Shown piece by piece: positions 18,228 to 27,489 of a stretch of 64,000 bases of DNA (the stretch's first letter is position 1; the number at the start of each line of letters is the position of its first letter). This stretch comes from Acholeplasmataceae bacterium. GTDB taxonomy: Bacteria; Bacillota_I; Bacilli_A; Acholeplasmatales; Acholeplasmataceae. The stretch lies in the NCBI GenBank assembly GCA_965657915.1, contig CBFHPN010000006.1, positions 3,057 through 67,056 of the forward strand, written 5' to 3'. A program made the translations under genes and the position numbers. Under the pieces are notes generated by a model. It made no database searches and was not told where the DNA came from. It saw nothing but the letters and a program-made list of their open reading frames with translations.

Positions 18228-18815
18228 CTAATAAATGAATGGTATAAATTTGTATCTAGACTTTTTCCAATGTTTATAAGTCTGACCTAATGATGACTCT
18301 AAAATGTGTTCTTCAAGGGTCATTCTGTGATTTAATATATAACCCATCAGTAAATATGCGATAGGCGTTAATATGATATTACTAAAAAATAAAGGGACAC
18401 TTGTTGATAAAAGAAATAAACCTAAATATAACGGATGTCTTAACATTTTATAAGGTCCACTTGAAATGAGTTCATGGGTCTCTGATACGGCAACATTTCT
18501 CGTGAAAAAACGTCCTAAATGAATGATTGAAACATATCGTAACAATAAACCAAGGATATATAATGTGATGCCGATATAGTTGAAGATGTTTTGTGTGAAT
18601 TGATTGTCAAGTGTCCCAATTTGAAGCCAACCGAGAAAAAAGTTAAGTAGAATAATAAGTAAAATAAATTGTAAGATAAAGAAAAAACTTTTTTTCTCTT
18701 GTTTGGATTGTTTTTTTAGATGAGATGGAAAAATGACAAACTCAGCAATCCATAATATGGTCACAACATAAAAAAGATAATATGGCCATGCATTGACGAA
18801 AAAAAATGATAACAT
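18228..18815 (-). CDS. ICMT/PEMT-fold membrane methyltransferase family protein
   Basis: 5-TM protein of 195 aa. The C-terminal GPYKMLRHPLYLG is typical of isoprenylcysteine carboxyl methyltransferase-like proteins. Confidence 0.6.
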   Translation of the reverse strand: MLSFFFVNAWPYYLFYVVTILWIAEFVIFPSHLKKQSKQEKKSFFFILQFILLIILLNFFLGWLQIGTLDNQFTQNIFNYIGITLYILGLLLRYVSIIHLGRFFTRNVAVSETHELISSGPYKMLRHPLYLGLFLLSTSVPLFFSNIILTPIAYLLMGYILNHRMTLEEHILESSLGQTYKHWKKSRYKFIPFIY

Positions 18816-18834
18816 AAAGACCTCAGTTAAACAT

Positions 18835-18843
18835 ATTATAACA
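18835..18843 (-). promoter_or_regulatory. extended -10 (TGTTATAAT on the minus strand) for the ICMT-like/crtP/ldh operon
   Basis: The reverse complement of attataaca is exactly TGnTATAAT, about 20 nt upstream of the gene start. Confidence 0.45.
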
Positions 18844-18912
18844 TGTGAATGGATGAAAACGGTATCGCATTAGAAGGATTTATATTTTATGATAATTTAT
18901 GGATTTAATCTA

Positions 18913-18921
18913 TGCTATAAT
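18913..18921 (+). promoter_or_regulatory. extended -10 (TGCTATAAT) for the M48 protease gene
   Basis: Exact TGnTATAAT 20 nt upstream of ATG 18941. Confidence 0.45.
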
Positions 18922-18940
18922 ATTAAAAATTAGGAGATTT

Positions 18941-20179
18941 ATGATGAATACATACTTTTATTTAGTCATTGGACTTATTTTAGCAATGTTTGCTTTTGAA
19001 CTCATTGTTTCAATCTTAAACTATCGTTACAAGAATCAACCAATTCCCGAAAATGTTCAAGGCTTGTATGATGATGAAAAATATTCAAAATGGCTATCGT
19101 ATTCGATGGCAAATTTTAAGTTTGGACTTGTTTCTAATACTGTCTCTACGTTATTGATGGTTTTACTTTTAGCACTAGGTGTTTTTGGTGCAATCGAAAC
19201 ATTGATGGTTGAGATGACATCGAGTTTATTATTACAAAATCTTTTGTTTCTGTTTGCCTATTTTTTAATCACATTTTTAATAGGGATTCCATTTAGTTAT
19301 TACCGTATTTTTAAAATTGAAGAAGCATTTGGTTTTAATAAGGTTACCAAAAAACTATTTGTCTCTGATAAAATCAAAAGTTTGATCCTCACAATTGTTT
19401 TTGGTGGTGGGATCATTAGTTTACTTTTTGTGATCTATGATGCACTAAAAGAAAATATTTGGAACTTTGTCATAGGTGCGTATGTCATCATATTTGTGGT
19501 CATGTTAGGTTTATTCTTATTTAATGGTCTATTTGTGAGATTATTTAATAAGCTCACGTTACTAGAAGAAGGACCTTTAAAAACAAACATAGATGGACTC
19601 GCTTCAAAACTAGGATTTGAAGTGAAACGTATTTATGTGATGGACGGGTCTAAGAGATCAACCAAACTCAATGCGTTTTTTAGTGGACTTGGTAAAACTA
19701 AAGAAGTTGTTTTATTTGATACACTCATTGAAAAATCATCAGAAGATCAAATATTAGCAGTTTTAGCACACGAACTTGGACATGCAACGCACAAAGATAC
19801 ATTTAAACTATTATTTCAGCAATTATTTGTGATTGGTATCTATGTTTCTATTTTAGGATTGATTTTAACAACAGTTGAGTTACATACTGCATTTAATCTT
19901 TCTAGCATTCACTTTGGATTTGCAATCATATTAATGGCCATCTTATTATCGCCAGTCGATACACTCATCGGACTTATTTCTAATTATATTTCAAGACAAT
20001 TTGAATATAAAGCAGATGCATTTGCAGCAAAACATACTTCTAAAGAAGCAATGATTAGCGCGCTTAAAGTATTAGCTGTTGAAAATTTTTCAAATCTTAC
20101 GCCACATCCACTATATGTGAAACTCTATTATAATCATCCAACCATTTCAGAAAGAATTGCTTCTGTATTAGCATCCTAA
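18941..20179 (+). CDS. M48 family zinc metalloprotease, Ste24/CAAX-prenyl-protease-like
   Basis: ORF track 18899..20179. I prefer ATG 18941 after TAGGAGA. Multi-TM N-domain, HELGHATHKD (HExxH), C-terminal NHPTISERI. Confidence 0.8.
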   Translation: MMNTYFYLVIGLILAMFAFELIVSILNYRYKNQPIPENVQGLYDDEKYSKWLSYSMANFKFGLVSNTVSTLLMVLLLALGVFGAIETLMVEMTSSLLLQNLLFLFAYFLITFLIGIPFSYYRIFKIEEAFGFNKVTKKLFVSDKIKSLILTIVFGGGIISLLFVIYDALKENIWNFVIGAYVIIFVVMLGLFLFNGLFVRLFNKLTLLEEGPLKTNIDGLASKLGFEVKRIYVMDGSKRSTKLNAFFSGLGKTKEVVLFDTLIEKSSEDQILAVLAHELGHATHKDTFKLLFQQLFVIGIYVSILGLILTTVELHTAFNLSSIHFGFAIILMAILLSPVDTLIGLISNYISRQFEYKADAFAAKHTSKEAMISALKVLAVENFSNLTPHPLYVKLYYNHPTISERIASVLAS

Positions 20180-20194
20180 TATTTAACATATTTA

Positions 20195-20227
20195 AAAAGC
20201 GATAGATAAGTTATCGCTTTTTTTTTA
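20195..20227 (+). terminator. intrinsic terminator
   Basis: aagcgata-gataagt-tatcgctt followed by T9. Confidence 0.75.
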
Positions 20228-20257
20228 TGTGTTATGTTATACTACACATGTAATACA

Positions 20258-20365
20258 ATCTTCAGGGCAGGGTGCAATTCCCGATCGGCGGTAAAGTCCG
20301 CGAGCCTACGGGCAGGATTTGGTGAAATTCCAAAACCGACAGTATAGTCTGGATGGGAGAAGATA
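20258..20365 (+). promoter_or_regulatory. FMN riboswitch (RFN element)
   Basis: CUUCAGGGCAGGGUGCAAUUCCCGAUCGGCGGUAAAGUCCGCGAGC...GGAUUUGGUGAAAUUCCAAAACCGACAGUAUAGUCUGGAUGGGAGAAG matches the RFN consensus. TATACT -10 at 20238..20243. Confidence 0.9.
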
Positions 20366-20395
20366 TGGTTTTTTAACCTTATTTTTTACTTTACT

Positions 20396-20425
20396 ATGCC
20401 CTGAAAATGGGCATTTTTATTTTTA
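20396..20425 (+). terminator. FMN-riboswitch attenuator terminator
   Basis: atgccc-tgaaaa(t)-gggcat followed by a T-rich run, immediately before the ribD SD. Confidence 0.7.
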
Positions 20426-20438
20426 TTAGGAGTGAATC

Positions 20439-21509
20439 ATGAATGAAATTTACATGAATAAAGCACTAGAACTTGCAAAAAAAGGAGGACTTCATGTTAA
20501 ACCTAATCCTCTTGTTGGCGCAATCATTGTAAAAAATAATGAGATCATTGGTGAAGGATATCATCAACAATACGGACACGCTCATGCTGAAATTAATGCT
20601 TTTTTAAACGCTAAAGAAGATGTTACAGGTGCAACGATGTATGTGACATTAGAACCTTGCAGTCATGAAGGAAAAACAGGATCATGTGCTAAAAAAATCA
20701 TTGAAAAAGGGATCAAAGAAATTTATATTGCGTCATCAGATCCAAATCCATTAGTCTCTGGTAAAGGCATTCAAATGTTAACAGATGCCGGTATTCAAGT
20801 TCATCTGGGCTTATGTCAAGATGAAAGTGATCATATCAACAAACACTTTTATCATTACATTACAAAAGATAGACCATATGTCTTATTAAAGATGGCACTG
20901 ACGCTAGATGGAAAATATGCAACCGATCATTTTGATAGTGCATGGATTACGAACGAAAGTTCTAGAAATGATGTACATGTCACAAGATCACATTATCAAG
21001 CCATGATGGTTGGACTCAATACTGTGATTCAAGATGATCCGAAGCTCAATATAAGATTAGAACACTATACAGGAAAACAACCGATTAGAATCATTTTAGA
21101 TCCAAAAGGGGATATACCTATGAATCGCCACGTCATTCAAGATGAATTAGAAACTTGGATCATCACCTCATTGATGTCAAAAGATAAGCAAAAAAAGATT
21201 GAACATTTTGGTAACCGGGTTATTTATGTTGATCTTAAAGACGAGGCCCTCGACTTAAAAGATGTATTAAACAAAGTGCACAAACTAGGGATTCAAAATA
21301 TGATGGTTGAAGGTGGTAAAACACTTCATGAAAGTTTTATAAGAGATCAATTATTTGATGAAGTACAAGCATATATAGCACCAAAGTTTATTGGTGGCAC
21401 TCAAACACTTCAACATTTAAACATTTCAAAGATGAGTGAAGCACTTGAATTAAATGATGTTTCATTTCAAATTTTTGATGACAATATAAAAATTACTGGG
21501 AGAAAATAA
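20439..21509 (+). CDS. ribD: bifunctional riboflavin biosynthesis deaminase/reductase RibD
   Basis: HAEINA...PCSHEGKTGSC deaminase zinc motif plus a C-terminal reductase domain. First gene after the RFN element. Confidence 0.9.
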   Translation: MNEIYMNKALELAKKGGLHVKPNPLVGAIIVKNNEIIGEGYHQQYGHAHAEINAFLNAKEDVTGATMYVTLEPCSHEGKTGSCAKKIIEKGIKEIYIASSDPNPLVSGKGIQMLTDAGIQVHLGLCQDESDHINKHFYHYITKDRPYVLLKMALTLDGKYATDHFDSAWITNESSRNDVHVTRSHYQAMMVGLNTVIQDDPKLNIRLEHYTGKQPIRIILDPKGDIPMNRHVIQDELETWIITSLMSKDKQKKIEHFGNRVIYVDLKDEALDLKDVLNKVHKLGIQNMMVEGGKTLHESFIRDQLFDEVQAYIAPKFIGGTQTLQHLNISKMSEALELNDVSFQIFDDNIKITGRK

Positions 21510-21511
21510 TT

Positions 21512-22123
21512 ATGTTTACAGGAATTATTCAAGATGTCGGAACAATCACATCGATAAAAAAAGGATCTAACTCTCAACAAATCACCATCGAAACATCCAT
21601 TTTAGAAGATGTTCACATTGGGGATTCGATTGCAGCCAATGGGCTATGCCTTACAGTCACGACGTTAAAAGATACCACCTATACAGTCGATGTAATGGCA
21701 GAATCACTAAGAAGATCTAATTTAGGAAGTTTAGACGTCGGATCAAAGGTAAATCTAGAAAAAGCGATGGCAATGGGAGATCGCTTTGGAGGTCATATGG
21801 TTTCTGGTCATATCGATGATGTCGGTACCATTTCAAAAACGTTTGTTGAAGATAATGCGACATGGGTGGACATTGATGTACCGGATCATTTAAGAAAATA
21901 TTGTATTTTAAAGGGATCCATCGCGATTGATGGGATTAGTTTAACAATTTCAAGATTAACTGATAAAGGCGTTTCTGTTTCTATTATCCCGCATACAAAA
22001 GACCAAACAACGCTACTATCTAAAAAAATAGGCGATCATGTCAATTTAGAAATGGACATGATGATTAAATACGTTGAAAAGTTATTACAACCGACTAAAG
22101 AAAATTTAACAAAGGAGAAATGA
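21512..22123 (+). CDS. ribE: riboflavin synthase (alpha chain)
   Basis: [11 protein letters not shown]-terminus and an internal duplicated barrel (NGLCLTV / DGISLTI). Confidence 0.9.
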   Translation: MFTGIIQDVGTITSIKKGSNSQQITIETSILEDVHIGDSIAANGLCLTVTTLKDTTYTVDVMAESLRRSNLGSLDVGSKVNLEKAMAMGDRFGGHMVSGHIDDVGTISKTFVEDNATWVDIDVPDHLRKYCILKGSIAIDGISLTISRLTDKGVSVSIIPHTKDQTTLLSKKIGDHVNLEMDMMIKYVEKLLQPTKENLTKEK

Positions 22124-22127
22124 GAAG

Positions 22128-23339
22128 ATGATGGCGATTAAACTTAATACCATTGAAGACGCAATCTTAGATATTCAATTAGGTAAGATGGTCATTGTCG
22201 TTGATGATGAAGATCGAGAAAATGAAGGTGATCTTGTCATGGCAGCAGAAAAAGTGAGACCTGAAGATGTCAATTTTATGGCGACTTATGGTAAAGGACT
22301 CATTTGTGTTCCACTCAAAGAATCAAACGCTCAAAAACTAGGTTTAGATGAAATGGTTAAAAAAAATACCGATGTGTTTAGAACGAATTTTACAATATCA
22401 GTTGATGCAATCGATACAACAACAGGTATATCTGCAAAAGAACGCGCACATACAATTCAAATGTTGGTTCATGATAAAGCGACTGATCGAGACTTTAGAA
22501 AGCCTGGACATATCTTTCCCCTCATTGCTCAAGAAGGTGGTGTATTAAAACGTGCTGGCCATACTGAAGCAAGTATTGATCTTGCATTACTTGCTGGATT
22601 AAAACCTGTTGGTGTCATTTGTGAAATTATGAATGATGATGGATCCATGGCAAGACTTGACGATTTAATGATGTATAAAGAAAAACATCAATTGAAAATC
22701 ATTTCAATTCAAGATTTAATCGAATATAAAAGAAAAAAAGAAACCTATATTACACGTTCAGCAAGTGCAGTGATGCCAACCATTTCGGGTGAATTTGAAA
22801 TGGTTGGGTATGAAAATATATTAAATAAAGAACATCACGTTGCACTTGTAAAAGGTGATGTTAAAGGTAAAGAAGATGTTTTAGTAAGAGTACACTCTGA
22901 GTGTTTAACGGGAGATGCATTTGGATCTTTACGTTGTGATTGTGGAGATCAACTTCATGCAGCGATGCATACGATTGAAGAAGAGGGATTAGGCATTGTT
23001 TTATACATGAGACAAGAAGGCAGAGGGATTGGGTTAATTAATAAAATTAAAGCATACCATCTTCAAGATCAAGGGTATGATACCGTTGAAGCTAATTTAA
23101 AATTAGGCTTTAAAGATGATTTAAGAGATTATGGTATTGGTGCACAGATTTTAGCGGATTTAGGCGTGAAATCGATAAGATTAATGACGAACAATCCAAG
23201 AAAAATCGTTGGACTAGAAGGCTATGGCATTAAAATTTCTGACCGAGTATCCATTCAAATGAATCATAATGAAAGAAATGAATTTTATTTAAAAACAAAA
23301 AAACAAAAACTTGGGCATATGCTCGACATAAAGGAGTAG
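22128..23339 (+). CDS. ribBA: bifunctional 3,4-dihydroxy-2-butanone-4-phosphate synthase / GTP cyclohydrolase II
   Basis: [12 protein letters not shown] (DHBP synthase) and [19 protein letters not shown] (GCH II zinc site). Confidence 0.9.
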   Translation: MMAIKLNTIEDAILDIQLGKMVIVVDDEDRENEGDLVMAAEKVRPEDVNFMATYGKGLICVPLKESNAQKLGLDEMVKKNTDVFRTNFTISVDAIDTTTGISAKERAHTIQMLVHDKATDRDFRKPGHIFPLIAQEGGVLKRAGHTEASIDLALLAGLKPVGVICEIMNDDGSMARLDDLMMYKEKHQLKIISIQDLIEYKRKKETYITRSASAVMPTISGEFEMVGYENILNKEHHVALVKGDVKGKEDVLVRVHSECLTGDAFGSLRCDCGDQLHAAMHTIEEEGLGIVLYMRQEGRGIGLINKIKAYHLQDQGYDTVEANLKLGFKDDLRDYGIGAQILADLGVKSIRLMTNNPRKIVGLEGYGIKISDRVSIQMNHNERNEFYLKTKKQKLGHMLDIKE

Positions 23340-23341
23340 AG

Positions 23342-23803
23342 ATGAAAACAATTGAAGGAAATTACATGGGTAAAGGTTTAAAAGTTGCGATCGTGATGAG
23401 TCGTTTTAATGAGATGATTGTTAAACAACTTGTTGAAGGTGCAAAAGATGGTTTAATCAGACACGGTGTTGATGAAAAAGACATCACAGTTGTTGCAGTA
23501 CCTGGTGCATATGAAATTCCACTGGCAGTTAAAAAAGTGGCAGAATTACAATCATATGATGCGATTATTGCATGCGGTGCAGTCATCCGTGGTGCAACCC
23601 CACACTTTGATATGGTTGCTAACGAAGTAACGGGTGGTATTGCGAAAGTTTCTCTTGAAAGTGGTGTCCCAGTCATTAACGCAGTTCTCACAACTGATTC
23701 TATTGAACAAGCAATTGAACGCGCTGGAACAAAAGCAGGAAACAAAGGATTCGATGCAGCTTTATCAGCCATAGAAATGGTAAATGTCATAAATAATCTA
23801 TAA
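23342..23803 (+). CDS. ribH: 6,7-dimethyl-8-ribityllumazine synthase
   Basis: [10 protein letters not shown]...VPGAYEIP...[12 protein letters not shown]. Confidence 0.9.
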   Translation: MKTIEGNYMGKGLKVAIVMSRFNEMIVKQLVEGAKDGLIRHGVDEKDITVVAVPGAYEIPLAVKKVAELQSYDAIIACGAVIRGATPHFDMVANEVTGGIAKVSLESGVPVINAVLTTDSIEQAIERAGTKAGNKGFDAALSAIEMVNVINNL

Positions 23804-23831
23804 AAAAACGTTGCTTAGGCAACGTTTTTCT
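23804..23831. terminator. bidirectional intrinsic terminator
   Basis: aaaaaa-acgttgc-ttag-gcaacgt-ttttt between convergent genes. Confidence 0.75.
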
Positions 23832-24567
23832 TTTGAAATTTATAAAGTAACACATACATTAAACTCATCACAAATGCTCCTAGAAGCGTTGTTAAAGATA
23901 AATAAACAAAATTAAATTTAAAAAAATCAAATAAAATAAGTTCATGTCCCCATTCAAAAAATAATTCAAGAGGGGTTCCATTTTCAGGCTTTAAGCTATA
24001 AAAATAATTTGCATATTGACCCGATATGAGATATAAAATATTATTCATTATTATTGATAATATAAATAATATAAAGACAACAATAAACGTTTTTTTAAGA
24101 TAATGAAAATCAAGTTTGATAAAGCCTTTAAAATAAGCCCATAGTGGTAATGTCACTAAAATCATGTGTCCGAAAATATATGCAAAACCTCTAAAGGTTA
24201 GTATAGTGTCATAGTGACTTAAGCTATTTGCGAAAATAATAGAAACAAATGCAGCTGGCAAATTCAAAATAAGTGCAAAATTAAACCAAATTTGTTGTTT
24301 TTTTAAGAAAGCAATCAATAATACAAAATTCGCAAAATGACATATTTGTAAAGGTAATAACTCGATATCAAAATTAAGACCATTAGTAATAAATATTTCT
24401 AAATTTCTTGAAAACAAAATGACAATTGCAACAATACTTAACCAAATGCCAATTTTAGTATTGGTTTCATCATTAGTGTTTTTTGTAAAATATAATAAAA
24501 TAAATAGTGAGATAAACGGAGACACTACAAATAGTAAATGACCGATAGAATACATTTCAAATGTCAT
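23815..24567 (-). CDS. polytopic membrane protein, possibly YwaF/TIGR02206-like (function unknown)
   Basis: 250 aa with about 7 TM segments and an LPLQICHFANF motif. Family assignment is from memory only. Confidence 0.35.
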   Translation of the reverse strand: MTFEMYSIGHLLFVVSPFISLFILLYFTKNTNDETNTKIGIWLSIVAIVILFSRNLEIFITNGLNFDIELLPLQICHFANFVLLIAFLKKQQIWFNFALILNLPAAFVSIIFANSLSHYDTILTFRGFAYIFGHMILVTLPLWAYFKGFIKLDFHYLKKTFIVVFILFILSIIMNNILYLISGQYANYFYSLKPENGTPLELFFEWGHELILFDFFKFNFVYLSLTTLLGAFVMSLMYVLLYKFQKKNVA

Positions 24568-24597
24568 AACTACTCCCTTTGATTTGGCTTAAATAAA

Positions 24598-24626
24598 ATT
24601 ATAACAACAAAGATGTAAATTTTCAA
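24598..24626 (-). promoter_or_regulatory. near-consensus sigma-A promoter (TTGAAA - 17 nt - TGTTATAAT) for 23815..24567
   Basis: Minus strand reads ttgaaaatttacatctttgttgttataat. An ATGTAA..TTACAT inverted repeat overlaps the -35. Confidence 0.6.
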
Positions 24627-24647
24627 TTACATTTGACATAAAATTCA

Positions 24648-26108
24648 CTAAGATATTTTTTCAATGTGTAGTTTTGAGTTAATTAAGTGGCTTTCTTTAG
24701 TATCTTCATCCATTTTATTTAATAAGTTAACCATCATGGACATTCTAGGGTTAGATTTTAAAGTATCTTTATGTTTGTCTATGAAATTCCAATACAAACC
24801 GTTAAACGGACAAGCCTTTTCACCAGTTTTTATGGTTGGATCGTATTTACAACCCTCACAATAGTTACTCATTTTCTTTATATAAGACGCACCAGATATA
24901 TATGGTTTTGTTGACATTAAGCCACCATCAGCATATAACCCCATTCCCATAACATTAGGTGTGACAACCCAATCAAATGAATCAATATATAGGCTATTAA
25001 ACCAATCATTGACTTCAATCGGGTTGACACCTATAAGATTCGCATAATTGGATAAAATCATAAGTCTTTGAATATGATGGTTATATCCATTTTCTAAAGT
25101 TTCTTCAATGGTATGTGATAAACAGGATAAATCTGTATTTGCACTCCAATAAAAAGCAGGTAAAGAGTGGTGATGTTTTAAAGCGTTTTTGTCATGATAA
25201 TCCGGTGTATTTAAATACACGCCACGGATATATTCCCGCCAACCAAGAACTTGTCTGATGAAGCCTTCAGCAGGTTGAATTTCACAGACGCCATCATGAT
25301 ACGCTTGTTCGACTGCTTTAATCACATCCATGGGACTAAGTAGACCTAAATTCAAAGAAGAAGAAATAAGCGCATGCGACATGAAAGGCTCATGTTTAAT
25401 CATGACATCTTGATGATCACCAAACGTTGAAAGTCTGTAGTCAATAAAATGTTTGAGTGCTTGATTTGCTTGAGCGTGAGAAACAGGATAAATAAACGTA
25501 TCCAAATTACCTGGATGATCACTAAATAAAGCGTTTGTCCAATCAATTGATTGTTGCGTTAAAACATCGATTTCAAAGGTTAAAGGTTCATGAAAACGCA
25601 ATCCCTTTTTAAAGGGTTTCCTATTATCCCCGTCAAAGGAAAATTTACCGCCAATAGGTAAATCATGATGCATTAAAATTTGATGTTTGTGTCGAAGCTT
25701 TCTGTATATTGTATCCATTTTCCATGGTTGTTTAGAAAGTAAAACTTTCCATTCATCTCTCGATACGATAAATAATGGATCATCAACATATGTAACATTC
25801 GTTAATGGTTTTATAAAGTTAAAATCAGCGTAATCATTAGGTAAAAATACATACGTTTGTGCGTGATTGTATGTCTCATAGAATGTATTTAAATCTTCAA
25901 TCAAAAGGTAACTCAAAGGATATGTTTTTTGATATGTGTCAATAAAATGTAGTATTGCACTATGATGAAGTGCAATTCTTTTTTTATGATATAGATGTCT
26001 CTTATAAAAAGATAGATGCTCAAATACAATAATTTCATCAAATTCAATATTGAGATGATTAATATAGGTTTGATTCAGTTGAAATGGAAACAATAATAAA
26101 GTTTTCAT
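24648..26108 (-). CDS. FeS-cluster cryptochrome/photolyase family protein (FeS-BCP; CryB/PhrB (6-4)-photolyase-like)
   Basis: HHIQRLMILSNYANL..VNDWF..YIDSFDWVVTPNVMGM..ADGG..KPYISGASYIKKMSNYCEGCKYD...KACPFNGLYWNF parallels R. sphaeroides CryB as I recall it. Four Cys (SCLSH, CEGC, ACPF) fit the 4Fe-4S ligands. Confidence 0.8.
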   Translation of the reverse strand: MKTLLLFPFQLNQTYINHLNIEFDEIIVFEHLSFYKRHLYHKKRIALHHSAILHFIDTYQKTYPLSYLLIEDLNTFYETYNHAQTYVFLPNDYADFNFIKPLTNVTYVDDPLFIVSRDEWKVLLSKQPWKMDTIYRKLRHKHQILMHHDLPIGGKFSFDGDNRKPFKKGLRFHEPLTFEIDVLTQQSIDWTNALFSDHPGNLDTFIYPVSHAQANQALKHFIDYRLSTFGDHQDVMIKHEPFMSHALISSSLNLGLLSPMDVIKAVEQAYHDGVCEIQPAEGFIRQVLGWREYIRGVYLNTPDYHDKNALKHHHSLPAFYWSANTDLSCLSHTIEETLENGYNHHIQRLMILSNYANLIGVNPIEVNDWFNSLYIDSFDWVVTPNVMGMGLYADGGLMSTKPYISGASYIKKMSNYCEGCKYDPTIKTGEKACPFNGLYWNFIDKHKDTLKSNPRMSMMVNLLNKMDEDTKESHLINSKLHIEKIS

Positions 26109-27463
26109 GAGCGGCTCACTTTTTTTACAGGTTTAGGATAGTTTTGAATACCATATAAAATACGTTCTTTTTCTGAGAATTCACTTATTTTATATTTTAA
26201 TGGATTCGGAACATCTTTTATTTCGGGTAAAAAAACATCTAAAAATTGACAGTTTGTATCATAACGTTCTCCTTGCGTGATGTAGTTAAACATTCTATTT
26301 TCTCGAGGATCATTTCCTAGCCCTGCGTTATAGAGCCAATTGAGGGTATTAGAAGAAACGTCATAATCAATCAAATAAGATTCAAAAAATGCAGCACCGA
26401 TACGCCAATCTTGATTTAAAAATTTCGTTAAAAAATTAGCAACATTTTGTCTTCCTCTATTCGACATATATCCAGTTTGAACAAGTTGCCTCATATTTGC
26501 ATCAATGAGTGGATACCCTGTTTTTCCCTCTTTCCATGCTGTAATAAAGTATTGATTAGGAGAAATATGATGTGATTGTGACAACCCTGCTTGATTGAAA
26601 ATACGATTGTGATATTTTTTGTGAGTAAAATAAAAGTAATCACGCCATAGTAACTCAAAATAAATCCAATAAGTCGAATCATTTTTAACATAAGTTGCTT
26701 CATACTTTTTAACCTCATTCATAATACGATTAACAGATAATGCACCCATTGAGAGATAAGCTGAAAATTTCGTGGAATCATTAAAATTCAACATACCATT
26801 ACGAGTTTCTTTGTATGTTTTTGCAAGTTGATCATTAAATAAATAATTTGTTAAATGGTTTAATGCTGCAGTTTCACCAGGTTGGATGTAGTGATTGATT
26901 TGTAAAATATTCAGATCATCTAAATTCGGAATATCGCTTTCTATAGATATTTTTGGTTGTTGAACTAAAGTGTCACACTCTTTAAAATTAACAGGAAATC
27001 GTTCGATTTTATGTCTAAATTGTGTAAAAACAAATGGCAAATCTTCTATTGAAAAAGGCAGCATATGTGTTTTGTAAAGTGGTTTCATTTCCTCATGATA
27101 GGTCGGTATGTTTAAGGTGGAAATGAAATCATATCTTTTTCTTTCCTCCTCACCAGGTAGTTTTTCAAAATATATAGATTCTATATTAAGTTCTCTAATC
27201 AATTCTTTTAATATAAAAGCAAAGTCCCCTTTTTTTACAAGAAGCGGAATATTCAATGTATTCAGTTGCTGATTTAAATCGAGCAATGTATCATATAAAA
27301 AAGACAACCAAGGATCACTTTTCTTTTTGAACCCAAAATTATTGAGATTAAACCAAGCTTCATCAAATACAAAAAGTCCCACTACTGAACCACTTTCCAG
27401 TGCTTTTTTCAGCAAAGGTTGATCATGGATTCGCAAATCATTTTGAAAGAGGTAAAGGTTCAT
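26105..27463 (-). CDS. DASH-type cryptochrome
   Basis: MNLYLFQNDLRIHDQPLL N-terminus; TGYPLIDANMRQL; GYMSNRGRQNVANFL; DYDVSSNTLNW. ATGA-coupled to the downstream FeS-BCP gene. Confidence 0.8.
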   Translation of the reverse strand: MNLYLFQNDLRIHDQPLLKKALESGSVVGLFVFDEAWFNLNNFGFKKKSDPWLSFLYDTLLDLNQQLNTLNIPLLVKKGDFAFILKELIRELNIESIYFEKLPGEEERKRYDFISTLNIPTYHEEMKPLYKTHMLPFSIEDLPFVFTQFRHKIERFPVNFKECDTLVQQPKISIESDIPNLDDLNILQINHYIQPGETAALNHLTNYLFNDQLAKTYKETRNGMLNFNDSTKFSAYLSMGALSVNRIMNEVKKYEATYVKNDSTYWIYFELLWRDYFYFTHKKYHNRIFNQAGLSQSHHISPNQYFITAWKEGKTGYPLIDANMRQLVQTGYMSNRGRQNVANFLTKFLNQDWRIGAAFFESYLIDYDVSSNTLNWLYNAGLGNDPRENRMFNYITQGERYDTNCQFLDVFLPEIKDVPNPLKYKISEFSEKERILYGIQNYPKPVKKVSRS

Positions 27464-27474
27464 ATAAACTCCTA

Positions 27475-27483
27475 TGTTATAAT
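27475..27483 (+). promoter_or_regulatory. extended -10 (TGTTATAAT) placed 7 nt before the arcA ATG (leaderless mRNA predicted)
   Basis: TGnTATAAT ends at 27483 and the ATG is at 27490. There is no SD in between. Confidence 0.5.
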
Positions 27484-27489
27484 CATACT

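Noticed and set aside
23362-23790. 142-aa minus-strand ORF inside ribH. Similar antisense or alternative-frame ORFs lie at 3181..3414, 3831..4046, 4520..4729, 6009..6236, 7408..7758, 9107..9379, 10266..10532, 10777..11134, 15835..16095, 22348..22548, 24664..24864, 26491..26718, 27675..27914, 29898..30296, 30617..30811, 31353..31592, 33394..33576, 33805..33999, 36105..36500, 36577..37135, 37494..37679, 38591..38830, 39426..39948, 40307..40547, 41507..41698, 42791..43624, 44907..45611, 45936..46187, 47109..47399, 51867..52217, 52539..52751, 56162..56464, 56734..56934, 58318..58798, 58964..59266, 59725..59913 and 63616..63804
   Set aside because: All are nested in, or largely overlap, well-supported genes on the other strand or in another frame. 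They lack SD sequences and have skewed compositions typical of shadow ORFs.
23815-24567. Possibility that the 250-aa His-containing membrane protein is the missing Brp/Blh beta-carotene dioxygenase
   Set aside because: No resemblance to Blh sequences as I recall them, in either His pattern or length of conserved blocks. It looks more like a YwaF/TIGR02206-type protein. It is kept only as an unknown.
27400-27489. The N-terminal 30 codons of the ORF-track arcA model (MLFSAKVDHGFANHFERGKGSYKLLCYNHT)
   Set aside because: They are antisense to the cry-DASH 5' coding region and have no similarity to ArcA N-termini. The recognisable ArcA sequence begins at ATG 27490, directly after an extended -10.
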